Below are positions 9,816 through 20,281 of a stretch of DNA of 64,000 nucleotides, piece after piece; position 1 is the stretch's first letter; every line of letters starts with the position of its first letter. The stretch is from a bacterium (GTDB taxonomy: Bacteria; Hinthialibacterota; Hinthialibacteria; Hinthialibacterales; Hinthialibacteraceae): the NCBI GenBank assembly GCA_963663405.2, contig CAXXSM010000018.1, forward strand, positions 1 through 64,000, given 5' to 3'. The position numbers and the translations under genes were made by a program. The notes under the pieces are model-generated. The model was not told where the DNA came from, ran no database searches, and saw nothing but the letters and a program-made list of their open reading frames with translations.

Positions 9816-10171
9816 TCATTCTTCCTCCGTTCGCGATCCTTCTGTCGTTCATCCAGCATGTTTAAAAGCGCTTCCCAATCATCCGGTGAAGCAACTTCGC
9901 GTGCCCGTTTCAAAAACCGTCGAGCATGTATGTCCGAGGCAATTCCTTCCATTTCCGGTGGCACTTTGTCGGCCAGTTGCAGCAGTTCTAGCGGGTCGGT
10001 ATCCAGTTTTTCCGCCAGTGAGCGAATGGTATCTGCACCTGGCATGTAGCCCGCTTTGCCGTTTTCAATTTTGGATAGGTAGGTGAAATCGACACCGACT
10101 GCTTCGGCGAGGCCTCGTAGGGTCAAGCCCCGTTTCTTACGCAGTTCTCGCAATCTATTTCCTAATTCCAC
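9812..10171 (-). CDS. XRE-family HTH transcriptional regulator
   Basis: LGNRLRELRKKRGLTLRGLAEAVGVDFTYLSKIENG; GTG start with AGGAG RBS; ATGA overlap with the nuclease gene. Confidence 0.92.
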   Translation of the reverse strand: MELGNRLRELRKKRGLTLRGLAEAVGVDFTYLSKIENGKAGYMPGADTIRSLAEKLDTDPLELLQLADKVPPEMEGIASDIHARRFLKRAREVASPDDWEALLNMLDERQKDRERRKNE

Positions 10172-10206
10172 GTATTTTCTCCTGTTTATTCACAATCATC
10201 GGTATC

Positions 10207-10236
10207 AGTATACCTCAATGTTGAGTTGAAGTCAAC
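10207..10236 (-). promoter_or_regulatory. Sigma70 promoter of the pAgo operon with overlapping palindromes
   Basis: TTGACT-N17-TATACT on the minus strand; palindromes CTCAA-tg-TTGAG (10214-10225) and GTTGA-ag-TCAAC (10225-10236). Confidence 0.7.
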
Positions 10237-10569
10237 AACAACTTTGTGATCAAAACGAACAAATTTCATGTGCAAGGGGAGTCTTTTGGATGGGGATTTT
10301 TACTCTTGATAATCGATTATCACGAATTAAACGAAGGAAAGAATCCCCGAAAATCGTGACTTTTTTTCTTTTCCTACTGCCTGGAAAGGGCAAGTCAAAC
10401 AAAATACGTAATCGATCGTAGAATTTTCTATTCTAAAAACGATGGTTTTTGGAACACACGATCAAAGAGTGTTATCAGGCAGATAATCCTTGATTTATGT
10501 GTCCCAAAACTCTATTCTGAATCTTGTGTTCAGTTACCCCTACCCCAAAACATTAATGGAACAAAAAAG

Positions 10570-11154
10570 ATGTTAATCGGATATGCCCGCGTTTCCACAA
10601 TGGATCAAAACCCGGAATTACAACTCGAAGCGCTCAAGGAGGCGGGGTGCGAAAGAATTTACAGTGAGAAAGTATCCGGCGTTCGGCAGAAACGCCATCA
10701 ATTGCAAGCGGCAATCAACTATATGAGGAAGGGTGACACACTTGTCGTTTGGAAACTCTCTCGACTGGCACGCTCCCTCAAGCAGATTATTGGAACAGTC
10801 AACGATCTCCAAGAACGCGGAATTGGGCTGAAAGTCTTGACTCAAAATATCGACACCAGCACACCGGAGGGACGACTGTTCTTTCACATGACGGCGGCGT
10901 TTGATGAATTTCAACGTGAAATTATTGTTGAGAACACGAAGGCAGGCATTGCGAATGCTAGAAGAAAAGGTCGTAAGGGGGGACGCCCATCAAAAATGAC
11001 TAGCGATATGAAACGTAACGTGGAGGCCATGATTAAAGACAAAGAGAACTACCCGTTCATCAATGACATCATTGAACAGGTCAATATTGGCCGAACGACT
11101 TTTTACAGCCATTTTCCGCCGGAACGGTTGTACGAACTCCGAGGGGACGATTGA
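10570..11154 (+). CDS. Serine resolvase/invertase
   Basis: IGYARVST.DQ, LVVWKLSRLARS, GRKGGRP and a C-terminal HTH. Confidence 0.93.
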   Translation: MLIGYARVSTMDQNPELQLEALKEAGCERIYSEKVSGVRQKRHQLQAAINYMRKGDTLVVWKLSRLARSLKQIIGTVNDLQERGIGLKVLTQNIDTSTPEGRLFFHMTAAFDEFQREIIVENTKAGIANARRKGRKGGRPSKMTSDMKRNVEAMIKDKENYPFINDIIEQVNIGRTTFYSHFPPERLYELRGDD

Positions 11155-11789
11155 TGGAAGACAAGACCCATAGGCTTCGTCACATCATTTTCTTTCGTTT
11201 TAGCCCGCATACGCACGGAATAAAGATTTACGAAATCCTATGACCGTTTACGTACCTCGTATAATAAGTTAGCCGCATTATTCCCTGGATAAAGAACTCA
11301 GGGATTGCGGCTCAAGTGATGAAAACGAGAGAGTTGCTTTGCTGAAAATCTGGCCGATCATTGATTCAGCGAGGCTGTCGGAGTTAGGCTTTTCGTACCT
11401 AGGAAGTTACTTTCCTTCCAAAGACCGCCTGCGCCGGCTATATGCACTTACCGCTTGAAGTGCGGCTCTGCACTGATTTAGCAGCGAGGCCGTGTTGGCC
11501 AGCGTCACTCTGTTTTAAGCAGTCTTTTCAAAGAGGGGGAAATCCCATCGCTCAAATGCAGGAGGACTGCCATGAAGACGCTAGGAATCGATGTGGCGAA
11601 GAGAAACCATAACGCAACCTTACTCAATGAAGATGGAGAGGTGATCTATGGCAATTTTACCTTTGCCAATAACCACAAAGGACTCGAACGGTTGGTTGGC
11701 CAGTTGAAATCTCACGGGGTTATCTCTACCGATCTTCGCATTGGGATGGAAGCCACAGGTCATTATTGGGTGCTCTTATACCAGGCGTT

Positions 11790-13399
11790 CTGGACAGTGC
11801 GAAGTTCGACTGCATTTTTAGCTGAACCTGCTCTACGCCGCTATAAGAAATTCCTCCATTTTCTCGACAGCCATGTTTTCCGAGATGATTTTCTTGAGAT
11901 TATGATCCGGGGGCGAATTCACGAGAAATTCAAACAGACTGGAACGCAAGGCATATGACACGACTAACTCAGAGGGAGGATTTCCAGTCTTCATTGTTCG
12001 CAGCCAGCTGCGAAAGTTCGCCCAAACCTCTTTCCCATACATGAGCGACAAGTATTGCAGCAGACCTTGAGCGATACACCCCAGTTGAACGAATCGATGA
12101 TACGCTTCCATCTTTCGCCTGACCGCCTCCCGATACTCAGCGGATTCCTTGTGCAGGTATTGGTTCCCAGTCTGCCGCCGGATTGCCTTCATCGCCTTCA
12201 TCCAAAAGTGATACGCATAGGTCCCAATCCCATGAATCGCGCTGCGAAATCCGACTTCGATCTTGAACCGATACCCATACGTTTCAATCAGTTTCAAGGG
12301 ATCCAAGGAACAATCCGTGCACATCAGAATCAGTTTGCCCCGTGTGGGATGAATCACCCACACAAAACGAACCAGTCGTCCAATGGGCCGCCATAATAAA
12401 TCTTCCACTCGATACCGAATCGGCGTCTTCGTTTCTCCATACACCGGGCTCAGCGCTTGGGTGAACTTCTCTGGCCGCTTAAAATAGTTCCGCAGTTGTA
12501 TTTTCTTGCCATACTTCTTGGGGCGTCCACGCTGGGGGAGTTTCGGCGCCGCCGCCTTTTTGTACGCCACGGCATTCCTTCGAACCCGCGTGAGCAATTG
12601 ATGCCCTTCATTTAATAACGGAAGGATCACCTTTCGGCTCGCATAATACGCATCCGCCACAAGAAGCGCTAACCGGGAATCGGTCGACACCGTTTCGACA
12701 AACAGCGCGGCCAGTTTATCCAGTAAACTGCGGCGGTCTCCCGGAAACCACACCACTCCCTCATGAATCCGGGACACCAATGGAATCGCCGCCACATGCC
12801 CTCCCGCCGCACAGACCAACACGGCAAGCGCCTGAAAGGAATGCCCCATAATATAGGACGCTTTGGAGTTGTTCTCAGAGGGCTGATGGAGTTTTTTCAC
12901 TCCCGGCATCTTCTTCCCTTCTTTCGCGACTTTCAGGCCGTCCGCCACGTAGACGTCATATTCGCCCACTTGGAGAACCGGAAACAACCGATGAACCATT
13001 CGATGCCACAGTCGGGTTAAATAAAGCAAATCCAATCCGGTGCTGTAATTAAAAAAATGAAGAAATCCTTTATACAATCCCGGTTCCAAGAACACGGCCC
13101 GGATAAAACTGGTCACTCCAGCGCATTCCGGCCGAATCGAAAAAGCGACGAGAACGAGCACGAGAAACATGTACGTCCGTTTGTAGGAACAAGCTCTTCT
13201 CAAATGGTGGACACAGCTATACCATAGACTCCATAATTTCATTGTTCTGTCCCTCAATCCTAGGCAAATGGATTCTCCCAATCTGGAGAAAAACCGATAC
13301 AATTATCAACTTATAGGATAGAGGGATTTTTTTTGTTCGCTCAACTTTTTTTCGATTTATAATCGAACCGTTTTCATAGTAAAACTTCGCACTCTCCAG
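11790..13399 (-). mobile_element. IS element (IS701/IS4-superfamily DDE) inserted in IS110
   Basis: 17-bp TIR CTGGA(C/G)AGTGCGAAGTT; 8-bp TSD CAGGCGTT (11782-11789, 13400-13407). Confidence 0.9.
11833..13242 (-). CDS. DDE transposase (IS701-like)
   Basis: VADGLK, VADAYY and YGYRFKIEVGFR (D-D-E, YREK-like); GRPKKYG. The start could be further upstream (13302). Confidence 0.85.
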   Translation of the reverse strand: MKLWSLWYSCVHHLRRACSYKRTYMFLVLVLVAFSIRPECAGVTSFIRAVFLEPGLYKGFLHFFNYSTGLDLLYLTRLWHRMVHRLFPVLQVGEYDVYVADGLKVAKEGKKMPGVKKLHQPSENNSKASYIMGHSFQALAVLVCAAGGHVAAIPLVSRIHEGVVWFPGDRRSLLDKLAALFVETVSTDSRLALLVADAYYASRKVILPLLNEGHQLLTRVRRNAVAYKKAAAPKLPQRGRPKKYGKKIQLRNYFKRPEKFTQALSPVYGETKTPIRYRVEDLLWRPIGRLVRFVWVIHPTRGKLILMCTDCSLDPLKLIETYGYRFKIEVGFRSAIHGIGTYAYHFWMKAMKAIRRQTGNQYLHKESAEYREAVRRKMEAYHRFVQLGCIAQGLLQYLSLMYGKEVWANFRSWLRTMKTGNPPSELVVSYALRSSLFEFLVNSPPDHNLKKIISENMAVEKMEEFLIAA

Positions 13400-13985
13400 C
13401 AGGCGTTGAAAGCCAAAGGATTTGAGGTCAGTGTTCTCAATCCCATTGTGATTGCCGCCCGTCGAAACCTTGGGGTTCGTGGGACGAAAACAGATTCGTC
13501 TGACTCGAAATTGATCGCGAGCGCAATGAGAGACCCGACCGGGAAACAATCGAGCCTTCCCGATGAGAAGACAAAGCCACTGCGGGATTTGACTCGAATG
13601 CGATTTGAGTGCGCTCAATCTATCGTCGCGGAGAAACTTCGCTTCCTGGCGTTGCTGGATGTGACGTTTCCGGAATACGCCTCCTTGTTCTCCGATGTCT
13701 TTGGAGCCACAAGTCGCGAACTTCTTTTGCGGTTTCCCACCGCGGAGATGTTGGCGCGAGTGAATATTCGCCGGTTGACCACGCTTCTTTCAAAGGCAAG
13801 CCGAGGCAACTTTGGACGAGAGAAAGCCAAATGCTTGAAAGAGGCCGCCAACAATTCTTTTGCCTTGAAAGGAACCATTGAGGGCTATCAATTATACACA
13901 TATTTTTTAGATTTCGCTGACCTCAAACAGCGGAATTTTTTTTCTCCTCTTGTATAGCATATAATTTATATGCTATACTACAAGC

Positions 13986-14336
13986 ATGACAAAATTATCG
14001 GCCTCAAAAATCGCTGCGTTGCGACGGGAACGAACGAAATTGCTCAAGGAAATGGCCTCGCTTTCTGGGCTCTTGAAAGGCTCTTACCTTGAGCGGTTTT
14101 CCACTTGTTCCCGGTCCACTTGTTCATGCCATCAAGGCCAACGGCATGGGCCGCGAATCTATGTGGTCGTCACCCGGAACAAGGCCCAACGGCAGGTGTA
14201 TGTGCCCCAAACGCAAGTGGACGCGGTTCAAAAGGGCATTCAGAACTACCACCGTCTCCAAGAGATCGTGGACCGGATCACTGCCATCAATCTCGAACTC
14301 ATGCAAGGGAGAGCGCTCGATGAGTCTCACTCATGA
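13986..14336 (+). CDS. Small Cys/His-rich IS accessory protein (DUF6788-like)
   Basis: GS..ERFSTCSRSTCSCHQGQRHGP motif; lies inside the IS and overlaps the transposase start. Confidence 0.7.
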   Translation: MTKLSASKIAALRRERTKLLKEMASLSGLLKGSYLERFSTCSRSTCSCHQGQRHGPRIYVVVTRNKAQRQVYVPQTQVDAVQKGIQNYHRLQEIVDRITAINLELMQGRALDESHS

Positions 14337-15860
14337 AGAATTACTTCACTTGACCAAACAACACACCGACCTCGGACATGAAAAGCAGAATGACTGTGTC
14401 GCGCGGCAACTGGAAATGATATTGAATTCGCCCGGAACCTCTCTTCCTCAAGCCGCCGGCAAGGGGGAGAGTTCCATGGCCAACCTCGCTTCCTTTTACC
14501 GCTTCGCCAACAATGAAAAGATTCCGCTCGATTCCCTCCGGCAAATTCGAGCGCAGACGGTCCTGGACACCGTTCCGGACGGGGGCGATATCATGGTCGT
14601 CCATGATATGAGCCCGTTGGACTTCTCCACACAAAACGCCAAGATGGATCGGCGCCTGATCGGGAATCATCGGGGGATGGGATACGAGTACGTCTGTTGC
14701 GCGGCTCTTGATCCGCATTCGGCGGCCTTTCTTGGAGTCCTGCATGACACGGTGATCAATGAAAATGGCCCGGACGATACCGGGGTGATGAATTACGACT
14801 ACGAGCGGCTCTTCGAAGGGGGCTCTCCGGACGAACAACAGGCGCTTCAAGAAAACCACCGCCACCAAATGGCGGTTCACGTCAATGGCCTCTCTCCGCT
14901 CTTACAAAACTACCACGTTATCCACGTCGCCGATCGGGAATTCGATGATATCTTCGTCATAGATCAATGCCTGATGGCTCACACCGATTTCGTCATTCGC
15001 TCCATGGCGAACCGGAATGTGCAAGTCCCCCACGCCGAGTGGATTCCTCCGGACGCTTTCACGAACCAACAGGCGGGACATGCTCTCCAACCCGGATGGG
15101 TCTGTGTGAATCTGGGACGATTCGTCGAGGCCGTCCCGCTGCAACCGTATAAGAATCTCCCGTTGGATAAGCGAGGGCGCGTCACGGATCCCGGCCACGC
15201 GGCGCGCACGGCCCATTTGTCCATCGGATCGTGGCCGCTCCGTCTCTACCGGCCCGCCAAACGCAACCACCGCTATTTCCAACTCCCGCATCCGATCCAA
15301 CTCCACTTGGTCGTCATACGGGAGACCGATCCTCCCCTCGGAGTGGAACCTCTTCTTTGGGTGCTTTTTACCAGTTTGCCGGTTGCTACCTGGGAACAGT
15401 TGCGCTATATCGGGCGCCTGTATGAATTCCGCTGGAAGATTGAAGATTTCTTCAAATTGCTGAAGTCCGGGTATGGGATCGAAAAACATCGCTTTTGTAA
15501 TGCCACGAAAACGGCGAAATTGCTCGTGCTACTGACCATGGCGGCGATGACACTTTTCCATCTGAAGGAGGAACTTGGGTTGCCGTCTGGAGGCTATCTC
15601 GATGAACAGGGATACCAAAAACTCAAACACGCTTCGCGAGACCTTCATAATCCCGATCTCGATCTCCGTTGGCGATTCCTTGCTTACATCGCCAAAGCCG
15701 GGGATGGCTTGGACGGAGAAACGATCCTCTCGGCCCGACGATTCTCATGAGAGGACTCCTGCAGTTCCTGGCTGTTTTCGATATGCTTTCCCAGCATCAA
15801 CCTTTAATCCACGAAGCCCTTGAACATCCCGAAATTCTTCGCATATTAATATGTGTATAA
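14320..15860 (+). CDS. IS4/Tn5-type transposase (frameshift near 15700)
   Basis: YRFANN, VVHDMS, VADREFD and YEFRWKIEDFFKLLKSG; the dimerisation motif GWLGRRND continues in a shifted frame after a G run. Confidence 0.88.
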
Positions 15861-16259
15861 TTGATAGCCATTGAGGGTTTGGCTATGGAAATCAAATTTA
15901 TCGCACAACGAATTAATTTAGCGCTTGAGCAATTGGCTCAACTCGATAAAAAATTGAAAGGCTTTATGCAGGAGAAGCAAGCCTTATTGAAGAGCATCCC
16001 AGGAATCGGCGCCGTTTGGGCACCAACGATTTTGGCGGAAACGCTCCCGTTTTTCCACCCGGACGAAAAAAATGGGGCGAAGAAATTGGTCGCCGCGGCC
16101 GGGATTGACGTCAAGCAGAAACAGAGCGGCGACTCTCAAGGCAAGGGCCATATGTGTAGAAAATCCCATTATAAAGTTTCTTAGGGGACATCCATTTTCC
16201 CGCAGCTGAAAGGCTGTGAAGAGGCCGAATCTAATTGGAAACAATTAGGGAGGTCTCGC

Positions 16260-17534
16260 ATGACCAAACTCAAGGAGAAAGAGTTCATGTGTGCGGAAGT
16301 GTTGCGAGAAAATGGGATGAGTAATCGGGAAATTGCCAAGCAGTTTGAAGTCGATGAGAGTACGATCCGCTATCGTCTAAAACGGAAGAAAGGAGAATTC
16401 GAAGATGGCCGAAAGCTTCAGCCGTCGGTATGTGATCCCTACCGCCAGGTGATCGAAGACTGGAATGCGGCGCAGTTAGAAGCAGAGCGGCCGGAGAGCA
16501 TTCTGAGTCTGTATGAAGACTTGGTCATGTACCATGGCTATACGGGGAGTTACAAAGCGGTCGTGCGTTTTGTGCGGAGACATACGCCACCGCCCAAGAT
16601 TCGGCCTGTGCGCCGTGTGGAGACGGCGCCGGGAGCCCAAGGCCAGGTGGATTGGGTGACGCAACGAGTGTTCCTCCAGGACGCAGGAAAAGAAAAACAA
16701 CTCCAGGCCTTCATTCTAGTGCTGAGTCATAGCCGGATGTGGTCAGTGATCTGGTCTCACCGCCAAGATTTCTTGTCTTGGATCGATTGTCACAACCGAG
16801 CCTTAAAATTCTTGCAAGGGATACCGCAGTATGTGCGGATAGACAACTTGAAAACGGGCGTGATCTCCGGAGGCGGTCCTTGGGCGATCTTGAACAAGGG
16901 ATATACATCGTATGCGAAGCAAGTCGGTTTTGAGATTAATCCCTGCCGGGTTCGGCAGGCGTCGGATAAAGGAAAAGTCGAAAGGCGGGGACGTGATGTC
17001 AAATCGGTATTGATCCACTCGCATGAGAGGTTTCTCAGTTTGGCGCATCTCCAACAGGTGACCAATGAGCGAATTGGGGAACGTACGAAGAAGCTGGTCT
17101 GTCCGGTCACGGGAAAAAGTGTTTATGAAAGTTGGTTGGACGAACAGGCCTCGTTAGATCCCTTGCCGATGACTTTTCCCCGCCCGTTTGACGTACAGGT
17201 GAATCGAGAAGTGAGCCGGGATTGTCTGGTGAGTTTTGAAGGCCGCCAATATCATGTTCCCTTTCCATATGTGGGGCGGACGGTTGAGGTTCGAGGGGGG
17301 CCAGGCCGGGTGGAGATATTCAGCCAGAATCGGTTGTTGGCCACCTATCCACGTGGCACGGAATGCCGTCTTCTGATCGACCAAACCCATTACGAAGGAG
17401 AGAGTACCGACAGCGTCACCGCCCCCACCCCGTTGGGGCAAATCGCCCAAGAGATCGTTTTCGAGAAGAGTTGGGAGGCTCCCAACCGGCCGATGAATCA
17501 CTACGAGCAACTGGTTCGGAGGTTATCCTCATGA
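16260..17534 (+). CDS. istA: IS21 transposase
   Basis: ETAPGAQGQVDW, RIDNLK, DKGKVER. Confidence 0.92.
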   Translation: MTKLKEKEFMCAEVLRENGMSNREIAKQFEVDESTIRYRLKRKKGEFEDGRKLQPSVCDPYRQVIEDWNAAQLEAERPESILSLYEDLVMYHGYTGSYKAVVRFVRRHTPPPKIRPVRRVETAPGAQGQVDWVTQRVFLQDAGKEKQLQAFILVLSHSRMWSVIWSHRQDFLSWIDCHNRALKFLQGIPQYVRIDNLKTGVISGGGPWAILNKGYTSYAKQVGFEINPCRVRQASDKGKVERRGRDVKSVLIHSHERFLSLAHLQQVTNERIGERTKKLVCPVTGKSVYESWLDEQASLDPLPMTFPRPFDVQVNREVSRDCLVSFEGRQYHVPFPYVGRTVEVRGGPGRVEIFSQNRLLATYPRGTECRLLIDQTHYEGESTDSVTAPTPLGQIAQEIVFEKSWEAPNRPMNHYEQLVRRLSS

Positions 17535-18317
17535 AACTGCGGCCGTCGGATCTGGAACGAAGCCAACACCTGTTGCGAGAACTGGGATGGGTTCACGTAT
17601 CGGAAGTGTTGGTCGAATTAATCGAACAAGCGGTGCGCGAGAAACGTTCATTGATTGCGTCCCTCGAATTGATTGCCGGGAAGGAGTTCGAGCGCCGGGA
17701 AGATCGCCGGGTGAAAACGTTGCTGGGCGCGTCTGGCTTGCCTTTGGGAAAATCCTTGAACGAGTTTGATTTTCAGTTTCAGCGGAGTGTGGAGAAAGAA
17801 GTTATTGACCTGCTGGCCACGTGTGAGTTTATCAGACGGAAAGAAAATCTTTTATTATTGGGACCGCCCGGTGTTGGTAAATCACACATTGCGTCAGGAT
17901 TGGGAGTGAAAGCGGCTGAGAACGGATTTGCGGTTGTGTTCATGAATGCGGATGATTTAATCGAGACGCTCCGGAAAGACGAAACGGTAGATCGGCGGAA
18001 AATTCGAAGACGGCGTTATATGAATGCGTCTTTGTTTGATCGTTGACGAATTGGGATTTCAAGCCCTCGACCGCCATGACGCTCATTTGTTCTTCAAGAT
18101 AATCAGCCAGCGGTACGAACGAGGAAGCATTGTCATCACCTCCAATAAAAGCATCCGCGAATGGCCGGATATGTTAGCGGGTGATGACGTGTTGACCACA
18201 GCGGTTCTTGACCGTCTGCTGCATCATTGTCATGTGGTCCAAATGGACGGGCGGAGTTATCGGTTGAAAGACATTGAATTGGGATTGAACGAACGCAACG
18301 AAAAATCTAACTGTTAA
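17531..18317 (+). CDS. istB: IS21 helper ATPase (frameshift near 18030)
   Basis: GPPGVGKSH; LIVDELG and AVLDRLLHH in the next frame. Confidence 0.88.
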
Positions 18318-18651
18318 AGACCGAATAAGCGCGAGGGCTGCTTTTAAAAGATGAGTTTTTTGAGGCATAAGCGAATGCTCAAGATTGTCGCTGGCTGAAA
18401 AGATGAAGGGGACGCGTCTCATTCATCGTCCCCTTAGCGACAATCCGTCGCACACGCGCCAGGGTATCCCTTGGCCGGTTGCTCTCCAGCAGAGCCGCCC
18501 TCCGTTTCCCCTGGTGATTAGGACTATCGGTAGAAAACCATCAAACTTGAGAATTTGGATGAAGAAATGAATGACATTGTTCGTTCCGATTGATCTCAAC
18601 TGCGGGAAACTGGGTGTCCCGTAACTGCGGGAAAGTGGATGTCCCTAGACA

Positions 18652-19474
18652 TGGGATCGCGGTGATTCCGGCGCGGGTGCGGAAAGCTCGGGACAAAGCC
18701 AAAGTCGAAAAGAGCGTGCAACTCGTAGAAAATTGGATTCTGGGGCGTCTACGGAATCAAACGTTCTTCAGCCTGTCCGAACTCAATCGAGCGATTCGCG
18801 CCGAGTTGGAGGAACTCAATTCACGTCCTTTTCAGAAGTTGAACGCGACGCGCCGGTCCTTATTCGAATCTCTGGAACGGCCCGCGCTGCGTCCGTTGCC
18901 TGTGACGCCGTTCGAGTACGCGGACTGGAAGAAGGCGCTGGTTGGCTCCGACTATCACGTGGAAGTGGAACGGCACTATTACAGCGTTCCGTACATTTAC
19001 GCCCGCCGCAAGGTCGAAATCCGGTACACAGCCAAAACGGTGGAAGTGTTTTGGCGGGGAGAACGAATCGCCAGTCACGTGCGCAGTGACCGCGCAGGAG
19101 GCTGCACGACGGTTCGGGACCACATGCCCCCCGCGCATCAAGAAGTGTTGGATTGGACACCGGAACGGCTCAAGCAGGACGCCCGGGCGATTGGCGTGTT
19201 TACGGAACGCCTGATCGAACGGGTGTTTGAACGCTGCCGGCATCCTCTGCAAGGAGCTCGGACCAGTTTGGGAATTCTGCGTTTGAAGAAGGCGTTTGGC
19301 TCCGAGCGGTTGGAGCGCGCTTGCGAACGCGCGTTGCGGATTCAGGCGATCTCGTTCAAGAGCGTCCACTCGATTCTGAAGAAGGGATTGGATCACCTGC
19401 CCCCTCCGGAAGCGCCCCAATCGGCCCCATTGATTCAGCACGCCAACCTTCGTGGCTCGGAATACTATCACTGA
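18652..19474 (+). pseudogene. istA: 5'-truncated IS21 transposase
   Basis: [23 protein letters not shown] and [11 protein letters not shown]; begins directly at the end of IS21 element 1. Confidence 0.85.
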
Positions 19475-19495
19475 TCCCTGGAAGGAGACGAATCC

Positions 19496-20281
19496 ATGTT
19501 AACGCACCCCATTCTAGAAAAGATGAAAGCGTTACGGCTCTTCGGGATGGCCAAGGGCTATGAAGAGCAACGGCGCATGAGCGAGATCGACGAGTTGAGT
19601 TTTGAGGATCGGCTGGGTTTGCTGATTGACCGGGAAGGCGTCGAGAAGGAGAACCAGCGTCTGCAATCGCGATTGCGCAAAGCGAAACTGGCGCAATCCG
19701 CTTGTGTGGAAGATCTGGATCTCAAAGCGCGGCGAGGCTTGGACCGCGCGCTCGCGGCGAAACTCATCGCCTGCGATTGGATTGGCGAAAGGCTTAATTT
19801 ACTTGTCACAGGCCCAACGGGCGTAGGGAAAAGTTATTTGGCGTGCGCTCTGGGCCAGAAAGCCTGCCGGGAGGGCTATTCGGTCGAGTACCATCGTGCG
19901 CCCCGGCTCTTTCCCGAGTTACAACTCGCGAAAGGCGATGGCCGGTACGAATCGATCTTACGGCGTTTGGCCAAAACGTCTTTGTTAGTGATCGACGATT
20001 TCGGCCTCCATCCCATGAATGACGATGCCCGCCGGGATTGTCTGGAACTCATTGAGGACCGGTGTGAGAAACGATCGACACTGGTGACGAGTCAAATTCC
20101 ACTCGATCGATGGTATGAGACCATTGGCGATCCCACATTGGCCGACGCCATTCTGGACCGCTTGGTTCACAACGCCTACAAGATTGAACTCAAGGGAGAC
20201 TCCATGCGGAAACGAACGGCGAAAAGAAAATTGGACCGAGAGGAAAATTCGAAACCAACCGATGGGAAAGCGGTGGAATGA
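19496..20281 (+). CDS. istB: IS21 helper ATPase
   Basis: GPTGVGKS, LVIDDFG, ADAILDRLVHNA. Confidence 0.92.
   Translation: MLTHPILEKMKALRLFGMAKGYEEQRRMSEIDELSFEDRLGLLIDREGVEKENQRLQSRLRKAKLAQSACVEDLDLKARRGLDRALAAKLIACDWIGERLNLLVTGPTGVGKSYLACALGQKACREGYSVEYHRAPRLFPELQLAKGDGRYESILRRLAKTSLLVIDDFGLHPMNDDARRDCLELIEDRCEKRSTLVTSQIPLDRWYETIGDPTLADAILDRLVHNAYKIELKGDSMRKRTAKRKLDREENSKPTDGKAVE

Larger units (their letters stand above)
13885..15867 (+). mobile_element. IS4-family (IS50/Tn5-like) element inserted in IS110
   Basis: Perfect 20-bp TIR CTATCAATTATACACATATT, resembling the Tn5 end; TSD CCATTGAGGG (13875-13884, 15868-15877). Confidence 0.92.
11572..16154 (+). pseudogene. IS110-family transposase in three pieces (11572-11789, 13408-13884, 15878-16154), C-terminus lost
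   Basis: GIDVAK, MEATGHYW, KTDSSDS, SIPGIG and QSG motifs. Removing the two inserted IS plus one TSD copy each restores the frame (YQALKAKG; KGTIEGLAME). Confidence 0.9.
16155..18651 (+). mobile_element. IS21-family element 1
   Basis: istA-istB pair; subterminal repeats GGGACA(T/C)CCA.TTTCCCGCAG at both ends; right end ...TAGACA. The left boundary is uncertain by a few bp. No TSD. Confidence 0.8.

Noticed and set aside
10570-11154. Serine recombinase as the island integrase
   Set aside because: It is a small resolvase type without the large recombinase and zinc-ribbon domains of serine integrases.
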